64,000 bases of DNA from Sphaerodactylus townsendi (Eukaryota): positions 108,810,001 through 108,874,000 of the forward strand of contig NC_059427.1 of the NCBI RefSeq assembly GCF_021028975.2, written 5' to 3'. The translations under genes and the position numbers were made by a program. Positions 51,288 to 64,000 of the stretch are shown here, piece after piece (positions within the stretch are counted from its first letter, which is position 1; each line of letters begins with the position of its first letter). Under the pieces are notes generated by a model that was given only the letters and a program-made list of their open reading frames with translations, was not told where the DNA came from and did no database searches.

Positions 51288-54200
51288 GCTGCCTGCCAAA
51301 AAATAGTGAGGGATTAGAATAGCATGACTCTCTCTGCCCAGTCCATCCCCTTTAACAATGCCCATTTTAATCTGTTGGCTCATGATAGGCTCTGTGGCCA
51401 GTGATGTGTGCTTTGTCTTGTATATTCCCTGCCGTTACACAATTTTACTGTAGAAAAATGACAGCCAAGAGCTCACTCAGCAATTAAGGGAAACTGCTTC
51501 TAAGATGAGTGGCACACTACGAGGCACAGGAATTCCCAAAGTCACCACGACTCACTGAGTCAAACCAGATAAGAAGGTGGAAAATCTGTGGATGGATTTT
51601 ATGTGTAATTTTACCGGTAAATAGCAACAGGGAAGCAGTCAATTCAAACTGGTGCTATGGTGCAGGAGGAGGGAGGTTTTCCAACTTCAAATGATCTCTC
51701 AGAACTGCTATTTGTAAGACTGGGGAAAATATACAAGTTGTGGCCCTGATCCAGATCACTTCCCTCCAATATGGCTGCTGTTCTGCCCCCCAAGTGAATC
51801 TGTTTTTGGTGCCCTGTACTGGGCTTGGACAGAGTGCGGTCTTTGTCTGGTTCTAATTGCTGCTAACCTTAACTTATGCTCTATGGACCACCAAATACTA
51901 CTATGGACCACCATATATGTCACAAATATTCCAGTCTCCAGCTACCCTTGGCACCTTGCTCTGACTGACTGGCAAGAGCTAAAACAGGGGATTGCTGGGT
52001 AAAGAAGGAAACTGCCTTTTGGGAAATGTCTTAAAGGGGCAGGGGTTAACTAAATTCCCTCCCTTAGAAGACTTAACAGTGAACTAAACCCATGCTAATT
52101 ATGGGGAAACTGAAGCTTAATGGTTAAATAACAAAAGCCTCTGTGGGGGCATGACAGCTGCTTTTTGTAACAATGCTGAGGAGATGACCTGTTCACAGAT
52201 CTTCAACTTGTACAGCCTGCAGAAAAGAAGGAGGCTACCGTTTGGCCACCATATTACCTATTATGAAAGCCAGTGTGGTTTAGTGGTTAAGGTATCGGAC
52301 TAAAACCTGGGAGACCCAGGTTCAAATCTCAATGAGACATAGAAGCTTGCTGGATGACCTTGGGCCAGATATGCACTCTCAGCCCTGACCCTAGAATTTG
52401 GATGGAAGACCTCCGTGTGAAGGCATGTCTATTTTTAAAAATTTCTTCCTGCCCACGTGTAGCTACGCAGGCATGCACAAATGAACCCCCCACAGCCATG
52501 CTGATGTCTAATGGTGGGATTCAGCAGGTTCACACTTCTTCAACAAAACTGGTTGTTAAAATGGTGCTTGTAAACAACCAGTTGTTAAATTATTTGAATC
52601 CCACCACTGTTGATGTCCCATGATACGACCATCTGCACCTGTGAAGCTACGCAGATGCAAGTTGCAGAAAAAAATTTTTTGAAAAGGGAGGCAAATAAAG
52701 TGCCTCCTGCCCAGCTGTTTGTTCACGAGCAGCTGCAACCCGGGATTTTTGAAAAGACTTGCTTGAATTTCAAAATTTCAAAAAACCCGGGTTGGGGGAA
52801 ATAACATGGGGCAGACTTGTATTGCGGGTGGGATCTGTGCAAAACTCTCCCCAACAATGGGTTTTTTAATGTCCTACACCCTTGGCATGTGTGGAAGGGG
52901 CCCTACAGAGTCACTATAAGTCAGCTGTGACTTTACAGCAAACAAACAAAAAAAATAGCTAATATAGGGAGTCCCATCTTGTTAAATTTGAGGATTAAAA
53001 AAAGTTAAATGGGAAAACAAAGGTAAAATGATTTATGCTTTTCAGTGTTTTCTGGCTATCCCAGGAATCCCAGGCTATCCAAGAATCTTCTAGGTAACCT
53101 CCTGCTGACACTTGCTAACAATTTTTTTCACTGACTGAGCTTGCCAGGTCAGTTCAGGACCGAGGGGGATGGAGTTTGTCTCAACTGGCTCGCAGGCCTG
53201 ATAAGCCCTCTCAAGCCCCACTCCCACTGCAGGCTCGCCAGTCCAAGCACCCCCACCCAGTGCCATTCTGGGGCCAGTCAAAGTAGCCCCCCTCCCTCCC
53301 CCCCCCGGCAAGCCCTGCCCAACCAAATCACATTTATGTCATAGCCAGCCCTCATTACAATTGAGTTCAACATTCCTGATCTGGTACCTGTGCTGATGCT
53401 ATTAGCAGCACAGTGAAGGCTGTAGCCAGAGTGGGGGTGCACATGCACAATGGACTGTTGATTTACTTCATTTGCTGATATGGCCATCCCTCCTAGCAGG
53501 GCTGGCTATTGCTCTGAGCCTCAGGAATGGTGGTTTTTAAGTGGGAAACTTTCTGCTGCTGTTGGTTCCAAGGACAATTGGGGGGGGGGGGCTGTTGCCT
53601 CTTCTCTCTCTTGCCTCAGAAGCGCTGTAGCCAGGATGACGCCAGTTGGTTGCCACCACCAAGGATGGTAGCTGTCTACATTCCTGAATCTAATAACTGA
53701 CAGTGTAGCATCACAGCGTAAGGTGAAGATTATCATAACGGAGCTATCAGTGAACTTGCAACAATATTAAATTCTATATTAGATTAGATTCTCACATAGC
53801 CCCAGATGCACACCAATAACTTCTTTGTCTTCACTCACCCGAATAGTGAACTCATGGCCAAAGTGGATCTGACTTCCAACCCCAGCAGAAAATCTAATCT
53901 TTTGATGGACTAAAGTAAATATTTTTGTTTTGCTTGGTATAGCATATGCAGAGTTCCCTTGTCCTGCTCTTTTTGCCCAGGATGGGATGTTAGAGAGCCT
54001 GAGGCAAGAATGACATGTGCATCTGAGCCTGGAAGGAAGATTTCTTCAGAGATCCCAACAGAACCAACCCTGCATAATGTCACAGCTCTATTACTGCCTA
54101 AGGCCTACCTAGCCTCTGCCACCATGGAACAGAGTGGTTTTTGAGATTCTGGTTGCCATAGTAGCAAGGCTCTCACACCATTAGCCTGCCTACACATATC

Positions 54201-56639
54201 AGAAGCTGGCTTGGAGCGTACCACAAGTAATCAAGGAGGTGGGAGTTCTGTGTACCCCCCTAACATTCAACATTAGTTTAGCCCAGCAATCCAGGAGGAA
54301 ACTTTCTGAGTAGTATTATCAGATCTTTCTTTCTTCTCCTCTTTAAAAAAAAATAAGATCAAGTGGAACAAACAGAACAAAAATTAAAAATAGAATATAA
54401 TCAAATCTAAATTCAGTTATCTAGCACTGAGGGAAAGCATAAGGTTTTATATTACCTTGAAATCTGACATTTCCAAGCCCATCTTTCAATATAGTGTTAC
54501 ACTGAGAATTATAATTTGGATATCAGTGTGATCTCAAAAGGATAAAATCTCATTTCATCCTTCTTTCTGATGACTGATTTTCAAACACCAGAGGGCAGTA
54601 TTGTAGCAGACTGAACAAGAGAATCTGGTCCTTAATTTTTCTGCTTTAGGGCAGCTTTGTACATTTCAGTGCACATACACTGCATGCAGATGTGCTGGGG
54701 AACTCTAAATTATCAGTTTCTTATCATATTTATAAGTTCACATGTATGTGAGATCAGCCTATGTAATTATGCACATCTGTTGTTTATGAAAAAAATTATG
54801 TGTGAAATTGTGTTAATGTAGTCCTGGTAAGGAAATTTTATTTCGCAAAAAACATGCCTGGATAACGAGAACAGTTACTGTCTCTACAGAGTTACAGTTT
54901 GTGTGACCATCAAATCAGTTAATAAGTAGTAGTAATAAAATTTATTTACGGTCTTTGACCAAAGCATTTGTCAGGCCATTTCAATCCCCAAGGTCTTTTT
55001 CCTTGAATATTGTGGGATAATTTTCAATCTAGGTGGCTTAAATCAATCAGTTAATAATTATTTCCCTGCATTACCAAACACAGGAATCAAGCAAAAAGGA
55101 AGGAAAACATCAAGGTACTTTGCATTCATTTCCATAATACAGCTGTTGACTGGATTGTAAGATTTTTTTTTAATCTAGATTTTAAATTTCCACAGGAGCA
55201 TCTCTCCAGAATAGTTGTCCTAGCAACCAGTTTCTTTATTCTAAACTAAACCCAGTCACTCCTTCTGGGGCAAGGGAGAAAGCAAGGCTTGTTCATTCCC
55301 AGCCTGCCTTGCCACCTATGCTGTTCCTGGACATTACTTTCCTTCCAAAAAGGATAGCTAAATGAGGAATTTTCTGTCTTACCATATCCATTGCCTCCAC
55401 TTCCCTCCTCTCTTTTAAAACCTGGGAATTCAGGGATCATGGCAATAGATCATAGATCACACTGACCATATGGACCATGTGTATGGAGGCAACATAAGAG
55501 GTTTCAAACTGGTCATTTCCATAAAGGAGTGCAAAGCAGCAAAGAGCCTGCTGCTACCCACCCCCTCTCCTCCCCAAGTCATATCTGCACAAACCCACAA
55601 AGGTGATGGAAACTATTTGGGACCCCTGTTGCCTGGAAGGTGGCCTTTCCCCCAAGCCATGCTGTAATATTACAGGTTTGCAACCTGGCATCATTTTGAA
55701 ACTGAAGTTTAATTCTACCCAATCCCCGTAGGAACAGTGAAGGACAGTCAATGGATTGACACTCACTCCACAACAACTCCCTTTCAACCAGACAGAAAAA
55801 GGGTTTGGGTTTTTTCCCACTGTAAACAGGAAGGCCCCAGAGACACCATAAGTAGTACTCAGAAGAATCACAATGCTATGTGAACATTTCCCTTTAATCT
55901 GGGGGCTTTCTATGAAGGAAAAAAATCTCCATGTGGAGGGTGGCAGCATCTTCTCCCACATCCCAAACTTGAACAAGGACTTGGGATTTTTATTCTTGCT
56001 TTAAGACTTAACTATCTTAGCAAAAGGTGAAATTCTCCACGCATTGTAGGTTTTGACTAGCTTAGCATAGCTGCTGAATGCAAGGAGAGGAAGGGGATGA
56101 GTTTTTAAGGTGCTTTGAAACTCCTAACAGTTGAGAAAACTGGGGTATAAATCCAAACTTTTCTCCTTCTGTGTTTTTCTTGATTAGCTCTGAATTTTTC
56201 GTAATAATATTTCACACTGTACTTCCTGCATTTTGTGGCCTCTTGACTCTGCTATTTTAATACCTTTTACATAAAAGATCAGTTTAGTGGGGAGCCACTC
56301 ACTGTATTTGAAGAAGTGGGCCAGTCCCGCTCTCCAAGCCTAACCTAGGTCACAGGGTTGTGAAGATAAAATGAAGGAGGGGAGAATTATATGCCAAGCA
56401 GCTTCAGGGATAAATGCAGGATAGAAACATCTAAACAAATATACAATAATGCTGGAATGAAATTATAGTCTTTAAAGGGCCCAAGGGGCCTGTTTGTTTT
56501 GGCTGCAACAGACTAGTATGGCCCCCTTTCTGAAGCTACTGTTATCAAGTATCCGCCCTGGCGCTTGCAGGCAGAAAAGTTCTGGTCTCTGCCAGAAGAT
56601 ACAGGTAGTTATTTGTATAAGGAAGGGAAGGAAAAAGGG

Positions 56640-57700
56640 AGAAAAGTACTCCGCGGATTGCTTCCTGTTGCTGGTCCCCAGCAAATGATATTGCTCCGCT
56701 TCCTGCTCCTGGGCTCTTTCCTGGCCTCCTGTCAGAAACAAAGCCCCGCCCCCTCAGCCAGGAGTCTCGCGTCTTTCGGCTGAGTGGGATGCCGTGCAAA
56801 CAACGAAGCTTCTCCCACAGATTAAGCGTGGTCTCTCCCCTGGAGGGGGCGGGGAGGAGGCGAAAAAAAGCCACACCCAAATCCATTCATAATATAGCTC
56901 TCATGACTTAGAAGTTACAGCTGTACATATGAAGGGGGGTCGGTGGGCGGGAATCCACCTCCAAACAGGAGGAATTCTGCAACCCAGTACAACATGCATC
57001 TCTGGAACTCCTCCACTCAGGGAAACATGTTCGCAGCGGGTGGGGGGTGGGGGGTCGCTCCCGGAAGTCATTACTTTGATACAGACAGTACAGGAGTCTG
57101 CAGGCAGAGTGGAGACAAGGGAATTACAGTGCCTTGTGAGGAAGGGCAATTCTTAACCAAGATTTTGATATAAAGGTGTTTATCGCTTTATCTTGGTCCG
57201 CCTTTGGAGTGTGGCTTTATTCCACGTTTTGCATCCTATTTCCCCCTAGCGGTTGTTCCATTTGTGTTCTTTATTCACATAGAAACAAAAGCAAAGATAA
57301 ATCAATTTGTGACCGAAGTACCTGGCAATATTCATCACTTTAAAAAGGGGGGGGGCGAGAGTTGGTTGCCAAGCTCTACCCGTTGAGAACGCTCAAGGCT
57401 CCCTCCCAAAAGCAGGCAAAAAACGCTGGAGGGCTGGTATGCAGAGAGGGAAGCAGCCGGCGCCACTGGCCATCTTTTTCGTCCCCCCTTTTGTTTGTTT
57501 CTGCTTCTGTTGCAGCTGGGCGGCTAATTCCCCCTGCTCCCCCCTTCCCAATTCTTACGGAAATTTAGCAGCTCGGCTAAATAAACGGCGGAGGAAGCAA
57601 AGCAGTCAAGCGCCTTGCACGTTTGCCACCATCCTTTCCCGCTCCCTGGGAGTCTTCCGAATTCCAGCTTCTTTCTCTGCATCTTTCACCGCAGTTCTAC
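56640..57700. promoter_or_regulatory. Second CpG-enriched regulatory patch upstream of the LRRC8E coding exons
   Basis: GC boxes at ~56743 and ~56845, ETS motif CCGGAAGT at 57061-57068, elevated CpG. Confidence 0.35.
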
Positions 57701-58699
57701 TGCAATGATTTTAATCACATACTTTTATAATGTATATATTTGTCGCTCCCCCCTGCTGAAGAGACTTCTCTTTTCAGAATTCCCTCCCCCCTCAAGTCAT
57801 AGCTGATTTATGGCGACGCCCCAGGGTTTCCAAAGCAAGAGACGATCAGAGCAGAGGTGGTTTGGCCATTGTATGCCTCCGCATGAAGCCCCTGGTATTA
57901 ATTGGCAATCTTCCATCCACATGCTAGCCGGCTTAGCTTCTGAGATCTGACCGTATCAGGCTAGCCTGGGGCTATCCAGGTCAGGATAGGTTATCTATCT
58001 TCAGATAGATGAGTAAATTCCGATATCTAATGTAGATCATGGTGACCAACAGATCTCTGGTCTAGGAGTCACTCGGGGGTGGATCAGCACAGAACTTCCG
58101 GATAATGGTAATTTGGAGGCAATCTGCTTAATACAGGCACTGGCAGGAATTCACACACATGCACGCTCTCCACTATTTTCTTGAAACTGTGGGAACCCCC
58201 TTCTCCTGCCACGATTTAAGAACCTTGAAACTCATTTGGTTTCCCTGGCTCACGACACCTTACCAGCCTGGACACTGATAAAACATTATCCAGTCTTTTC
58301 TCAAGAATCCATGTACACATCAGGCATTACATTTAATTTCAATCTTCCATTCACCCAGATACTGGTTCCCGATTTCGTTTTTAAAGTGAATACACGTGCT
58401 ATGGCACTTCCCTTTAAACAGAAGTGAGTAGGTAAATAATGTAGGACATGTGCCCTCCACAGTAACGTGTATTCGGGTTAGCGCATCAAAACAAGTATCT
58501 TGGAAGGTAAAATTTCAATCCCCACGGTGCCATAAAGCTCAATTGGGTGACCTTGAGTTAGTTTCTGTCTTTGCCTAACCTAATTTACAAGGGTGTGAAG
58601 AGAACATGAGGAAGGGAGAATGACGTACGACGCCCTGAGCTCCCTGAAGCAAGGAAAGGCGAAATAAAAAACTTTCCAAACAGTTAAATAATGGTTCCC

Positions 58700-59950
58700 C
58701 CTTACCCCGAGGCAGGTGCCACCATCCGCCAAGGCTGCTGAGCGTGTTTTCGCGTGAAGCAAGATTAAGACGGGCCACTGTGAGCATGCGCAGACCGCTG
58801 GTCCTGCTCCAGGGAGTAATCCCCACAAGACTCAATTTATTGTTGGCGTTGGGCTTCTCAAGTCCGGGGGAACAAAACCTGTGCAAATTGGCGGAAACGG
58901 TCGAAAAAAATCTGACTGACAAGTTTCCCCTGTATTCCTCTTTCCTTCACGTCCCTTCCCTGCTCTTCTCTCACAGAGGCATGGTCTCCCTAACCCAAAC
59001 CGGCATTAAGAAAACTCCCAAGTAGATCATCAACTTCTTCAGTTTACTCGGGGGGCGGGGGCGGGGGCGGGGGCGGGGGCGGGGAGAGAACACAGGCCAA
59101 TGCAACATGGTCTCTCTGGCAGCACTTCTTGATTTGGCTCCCTGATTCAAACCCATCGGCTGGGATAAGAACTTAGCCCCAGACGTTCACCACACCTGTT
59201 GGGGATGAGGTCCCTGCCGGCAGAGACCCCCTGCCCCCCCCCCCCCTTTAGATCCGACCAAGGGAGAATGACTGTGAGCGCAACGACAAAGTGAAGCGCC
59301 GGTCCCAAACATCCCGTCTAGGAAAAAGTAAATCCGTGGGAGTCTGGTTTCCCAGGGACCGCGCTGGATCAGGCCGCCAACCCGGAGCGCTCCTCTACGT
59401 CCCTCCCCATTGCCAGTTTCCTCCTAAAAAGTAAGCCGAGGTTCCTCCTTTCTTTCTCCCTTTTCGGAAGAATGAGGATTTGCTCCAGAAGTGACGCCCC
59501 CTCGAGGAGGAAGAGGAGGCAGGCGTCCTCCCCAGCGCGGCTTGCTGCTGCCCGGATGCTTGCTTGCCTGTGGTTTCTGGACTCCGGCCGAAGGTCCCAG
59601 CCGGATTGTGGCACCCAGTCCGGCTCTCCTCCTTCCGCCTCCTCGGCTGGGCGACCGCCCTCGCTGGCTCCCCCGGTGTTGCCCTGTGCAAGTCGCCGCG
59701 CCCTCCTCCAGTGGAGCGCCTCTCTCTCCCGCCTTCCTTCCCATTGCCCTGAAGGGGCTTTGGAAAGGGAGGAAGTCAAACGCAGGGCGCTGCCGCCGAC
59801 GAGCGACTGAGAAGAATCCGCCCCGACGACGGCCCACGCAAGGCAGAGCTGCCCGAGACGGGGAACCACCTCCTGGAGAGCTTCCATCTCCAGCCCAGCT
59901 CCTGCTGCGGATTGCCACACAATCGCCGGGCAGGCGCCTCTGATGCACAC
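58700..59950 (-). promoter_or_regulatory. CpG island, probable LRRC8E promoter / non-coding first exon
   Basis: CpG-rich; (GGGGGC)n GC boxes 59050-59084; NRF1-like TGAGCATGCGCA at ~58780; candidate donor GGG|gtaagg at 58706/58705. Confidence 0.6.
59050..59084 (+). repeat. (GGGGGC)n hexamer repeat, G-quadruplex-capable / Sp1 array
   Basis: Six G4-6 runs separated by single C. Confidence 0.9.
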
Positions 59951-60366
59951 CAATAATATGTGTGTGTTGGCGTGTATAGCATTCCCATGACCGGTGGAGG
60001 CCTGGCAGGTGAAACCACTACCAGATGCTGACCACTGGTGTGTGAGCTGATTCAAACCTTACAGTCAAACAGCCAGAGAACTTCTTAGCAACTTTTGTCC
60101 ATATGTCAAACAAATCCAAGGAGCACTTGTCGACCTTTTCACAGCAATTCGTCAGCTATTTATCGGAAACTGCCTTAAAAAGAGATTGAAACAATATACA
60201 GTCTTCAGTGTCCCATTGCTGTGTCCGTCTTCCACTTTCTAGGCCCAAGGGACTCAGAGCAACATAACTTCTCCCCTTCCTTGGGGTATCCTTGTAACAA
60301 CCTTGTAAGGCAGGTTAGGTTGGGGATGACTGACACAAAAAAGATTCATTACTAAATGGGAATTTA

Positions 60367-63300
60367 TCATAGAATCATAAAGTTGGAACAAACTACAAGG
60401 GCCATCCAGTCCAACCTCCTGTCCTGCAGGAACACACAATCAAAGTACACCTGACAGATGGCCATCCAGCCTCTGTTTAAAAACCTCCAAGGAAGAAGAC
60501 TCCACCACCCTTCACGGCAGCATATTCCAGTGTTGAATAGCCCTTACTGTCAAGACGTTCTTCCTAATGTTTAAGTGGAATCTCTTTTCTCGTAGTTTGA
60601 ATCCATTACACCTTGTCCTAGTCTCTGGAGCAGCAGAATACAAGCTTGCACACTCAAATATTTAAGCTATCTTGCCACCCCTTAGCCTTCTCTTCTCCAG
60701 ATTAAATTTACCTAGCTCCCTAAGTCTCTCCTCATATGACATGGATTCTAGATCTTTTACTATCTTGGTCACCCTCCGCTGGATCTGTTCCAGCTTGTCA
60801 ATATCCTTTTGAATTGTGGTGTCCAGAACTGGGCACAGTATTCCAGGGGAGATCTAACCAATGCAGAATAGAGAGGTACAATGACATCCCTCAATCTCAA
60901 TATAGTATCTGTATTCCTATTGCTGTGATGCTGGAATCCACCCCCAAACAGCATCACTTTCAATGGTGTTTAAACTAGCGAGCCCAGATTCTCTTTTTAA
61001 ATGCACCTTAAAGGGTGCGGATTTAAAAGGAGAATCTGGGGAAATTTGGGGGGTGCCTGCTGTCAAGGGTGCAATTGTTAAGCTAGCAGCACCAAAGTTT
61101 CAGGATATCTTTAGGAGACTCTCCTGATGATACCATCTCAGTTTGGTGAATTTTGGTTCAGGGGGTCCAATGTTATGGACCCTCAAAGGTGTAGCACCCA
61201 TCTCCTATTAGCTCCCATTGGAAACCATGGGGGATGGGGGCACCCCCTTTGGGAATCCATATCTTTGGACCCTCTGAACTAAGCCTCACCTAACTTGGGT
61301 GGTATCATCAGGAGAGTCTCCTGAAAAATCCCTGAAATTTTGGTGCTGCTAGCCTAAAAACGGTGCTTCGCTAGTCACTTCTCTCCCAGATGAAGATGAT
61401 GAGCACTGGTGAGCACCCTTTGGGTTCAATTGGTCAAGCAATTACAAATCCATTTAACAGCAGTATTTTATAGCCCAGATTTTAGTAACTTTTTTTGTAA
61501 GAATATCATGTGGGACCTTGTCAAAGACCTAACTGAAATCAAGGTATGCTACATCCACAGCATTCCCTTCATCTACCAAGTTTGTAACTCTGTTAAAAAA
61601 AGAGATAAGATTGGACTGGCCAATTGTTAGGCCTACCAATGTGTGTCAGCCAGTTAGAAATGCATAGCGAACTTGGCCTCCAAAGGCTAGAAACCAAAGC
61701 ATGGCTCTCGACCTTTAAATGCTGGCTGAAAATTCACTTCAGATCTGGGGAGGACAGCTTAATGCTATATCTATTGGGGAATACTTATTACTCCACCTGA
61801 CTGCAAGATATTTTTTACAGACTCAGCCAACTAGGCCTAAATCTTGAATCCCTCTGGATGTGCACCGAGTACATGTTCTATGCAATTAAAACCAGATTGG
61901 AAGATGTCAAGAGACAAGGCCTCTAGACCCAGAGCCTGCTCGCCACAAATGTTTGGCATTCATACGTTCTATAAACAACACTCCGCATATCTTTATATGC
62001 TAGACTCGCCATCATGCAGAAGAGCGTTCATGTTGGTGAGACTAAACATGTTCCCCTCAAATGTTTTGTCAGGAAGATTTGCAGACAATCCCTCCCATGA
62101 GCAACTTTGCCCTTGTGGACCTAGCTCTGACTCCGTGTCCCACATTATTTTGGAATGTTCGATATTTAATCATTTTCATAAACACCTTCTCCACTGAATA
62201 AATGTCAAGGGGAAGAATCATCTGAGTAATTCCATGTTGACTCGACTCCTTTCAAGAAACCAAGACCCCCACTTTACTGTGGTGGTAGCAATTCTTCTTG
62301 CTAAAACCTTAAGACAGAGAATCAACTGAAACTTGGATGTGATGGTCTTTTATTATATTTTTTGCATGTGGCCTTTTATCCAATTTTATCTATGTAAAGC
62401 TGAAAAAACTCCATTAAAGATCATTTGAATTTGATCAGTCTGGCATGATTTGTTTTTGCGAAACCCATATTTACTTTTAGTGATCATGGTTTTCCCTTTT
62501 AAGTGCTTACAGACTATTTGTTTAATGATCTGCTCTAGAATCTTTCCTAGTATTGTTTTCATGCTGACTGGGCAGTAATTGTTTGAGACTTCTTTTGTTT
62601 CTTTTTGAAGATGGGTACAACATTTGCCCTCCAGTCTGCTGGGATATATTGAATAGCACTGGGCCCAAGACAGAGCCCTGTAGCACCCAACTAGTCAGTT
62701 CTCTTCAGAATGAAGATGAGCCATTGGTGAGCACCCTTTGGGTTTGGTCAGTCAACCAATTACAAATCCATCTAACAGTAGTATTGTCTAGTCCACATTT
62801 TACTAGATTGCAAGAATATTATGGAGTTTCTTGTCAAAGAACTTGCTAAAATAAAGTTATGCTACATCCACAGCAATCCTACAGATAAGATTAGTCTGCT
62901 ATGACTTATTTTTGAGAAACCCATGTTGACTTTTAGTATTCACTTTTAAGTGCTTACAGACTGTTTGTTTAATTATCTGCTCTGGAATCTTTCCTAATAT
63001 TATTGTCAGGCTGACTGAGCAGTAATTGTTTGAGATGTCTTTTGTCCCTTTTTAAAAGATGGGTACAACATTTGTCCTCCAGTCTGCTGGGCCTTCTGTT
63101 CTTCAGGAATTCTTGAGGATTATTGCCAGTGGTTCTGAGATTATTGCTGCCAGTTCTTTTAATCCCTGAGGATATAGTTCCTCAGACCCTGGAGACTTGA
63201 ATTTATTTAAAGTTAGCAGATATTCAAGTGTTACTTCTTTATCTATTCTGTGCTGGATTTCCCCTACTGCATCATCTGCTCCTTCCCCCAGGTGGAGCAC

Positions 63301-64000
63301 TTTCTTTTGGGAGAATACTGAGACAAAGAAGGTGTTGAGTAGTTCTGCCATTGCTTTGTCTCCTGTTAGCATTCTGCCATTTTCCCCACACAGTGATCCT
63401 ACCATTTCCTTGTTCTACCTTTTGATACAGACATAACCAAAAAGTCATTTTAATGGTTTTTACTTCTCTAGCATGCTGAGCTCATTCTGCGCTTCAGCTT
63501 TAAAAAATTTCTCCCTATAAGTGCTGGCTATTTGTTTGAGTTCCACTTTGGTGATTTCCCTCTTTTTCCATTTCTTGTACATGTCCCTTTTAAATCTTAA
63601 TTCAGTTGAAAGTTCTTTTGACATCCGTCCCAGTTTCTTTAGACAGCTCCTGTTTTCTCTCCTCACTGCAACTGTTTGAAATTGCGCCTTCAATATCTAA
63701 TTTTTAAGAAACTCCCATCCATCATGTACTTCCTCCTAAGGATCCCACCCCTTCCACCCTAAGCAGATTGTCACTATTGGTTAGGATCATATCTAAAATA
63801 GCTGGTCTCCTTGTTGCCTCTTCCACCTTCTAGACAATGAAACTGTCCTTTTAAATCTTAACTCAGTTGAAAGTTCTTTTGACAGCCATCCCAGTTTTCT
63901 TTAGACAGCTCCTGCTTTCTCTCCTCACTGAAGTAAGGAATTTGTTGGTCTTTACAGCCTTGGTAGAGTGTCATGGGTTTGGAGTCAGCCAGTCAGGAGC
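60367..64000 (-). mobile_element. Fragmented CR1 LINE(s) with nested insertions
   Basis: catagaatcata 3' tail; minus frames [45 protein letters not shown]. Confidence 0.9.
61620..62430 (+). mobile_element. 3' end of a different non-LTR retrotransposon (RTE-X-like) inserted into CR1
   Basis: RRAFMLVRLN...GRF...LCPCG..DSVSHIILEC, a C-terminal CCHC-type motif. Confidence 0.6.

Noticed and set aside
59369-60055. Overlapping 100-228 aa ORFs in the CpG island
   Set aside because: Low-complexity GC-rich frames with no recognisable domain
1-64000. CRISPR arrays, tRNA/rRNA genes, prokaryotic systems
   Set aside because: Eukaryotic intron-exon DNA; the tRNA- and 5S-like pieces are SINE heads, and there is no repeat-spacer array

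Overview
Vertebrate genomic DNA; the repeat content (Sauria SINE, Penelope-type inserts, CR1, squamate hAT MITEs) points to a squamate, probably a gecko. All three genes are on the minus strand. In transcription order they are: (1) LRRC8E, complete CDS in two coding exons (796 aa), with CpG-rich promoter-like sequence at ~56.7-60 kb. (2) An LRRC8D-like paralog at 34465-35604. Its pannexin-like transmembrane half is an intact 379-codon ORF, while its LRR half survives only as a stop/frameshift-riddled relic (~33660-34464). (3) The 5' part of MAP2K7: seven coding exons including the 48-nt alternative exon; the rest lies beyond the left edge. The most notable signal is this LRR-less, pore-only LRRC8 gene, a probable ohnolog of LRRC8D with two intact, sense-oriented solo LTRs just upstream. 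Other observations: hammerhead-ribozyme-bearing Penelope-type inserts, a SPIN/URR1-type MITE, a duplicated NRF1-motif module in the MAP2K7 promoter, and a candidate MAP2K7 poison exon. Family assignments come from manual translation and recalled sequences; no searches were run.
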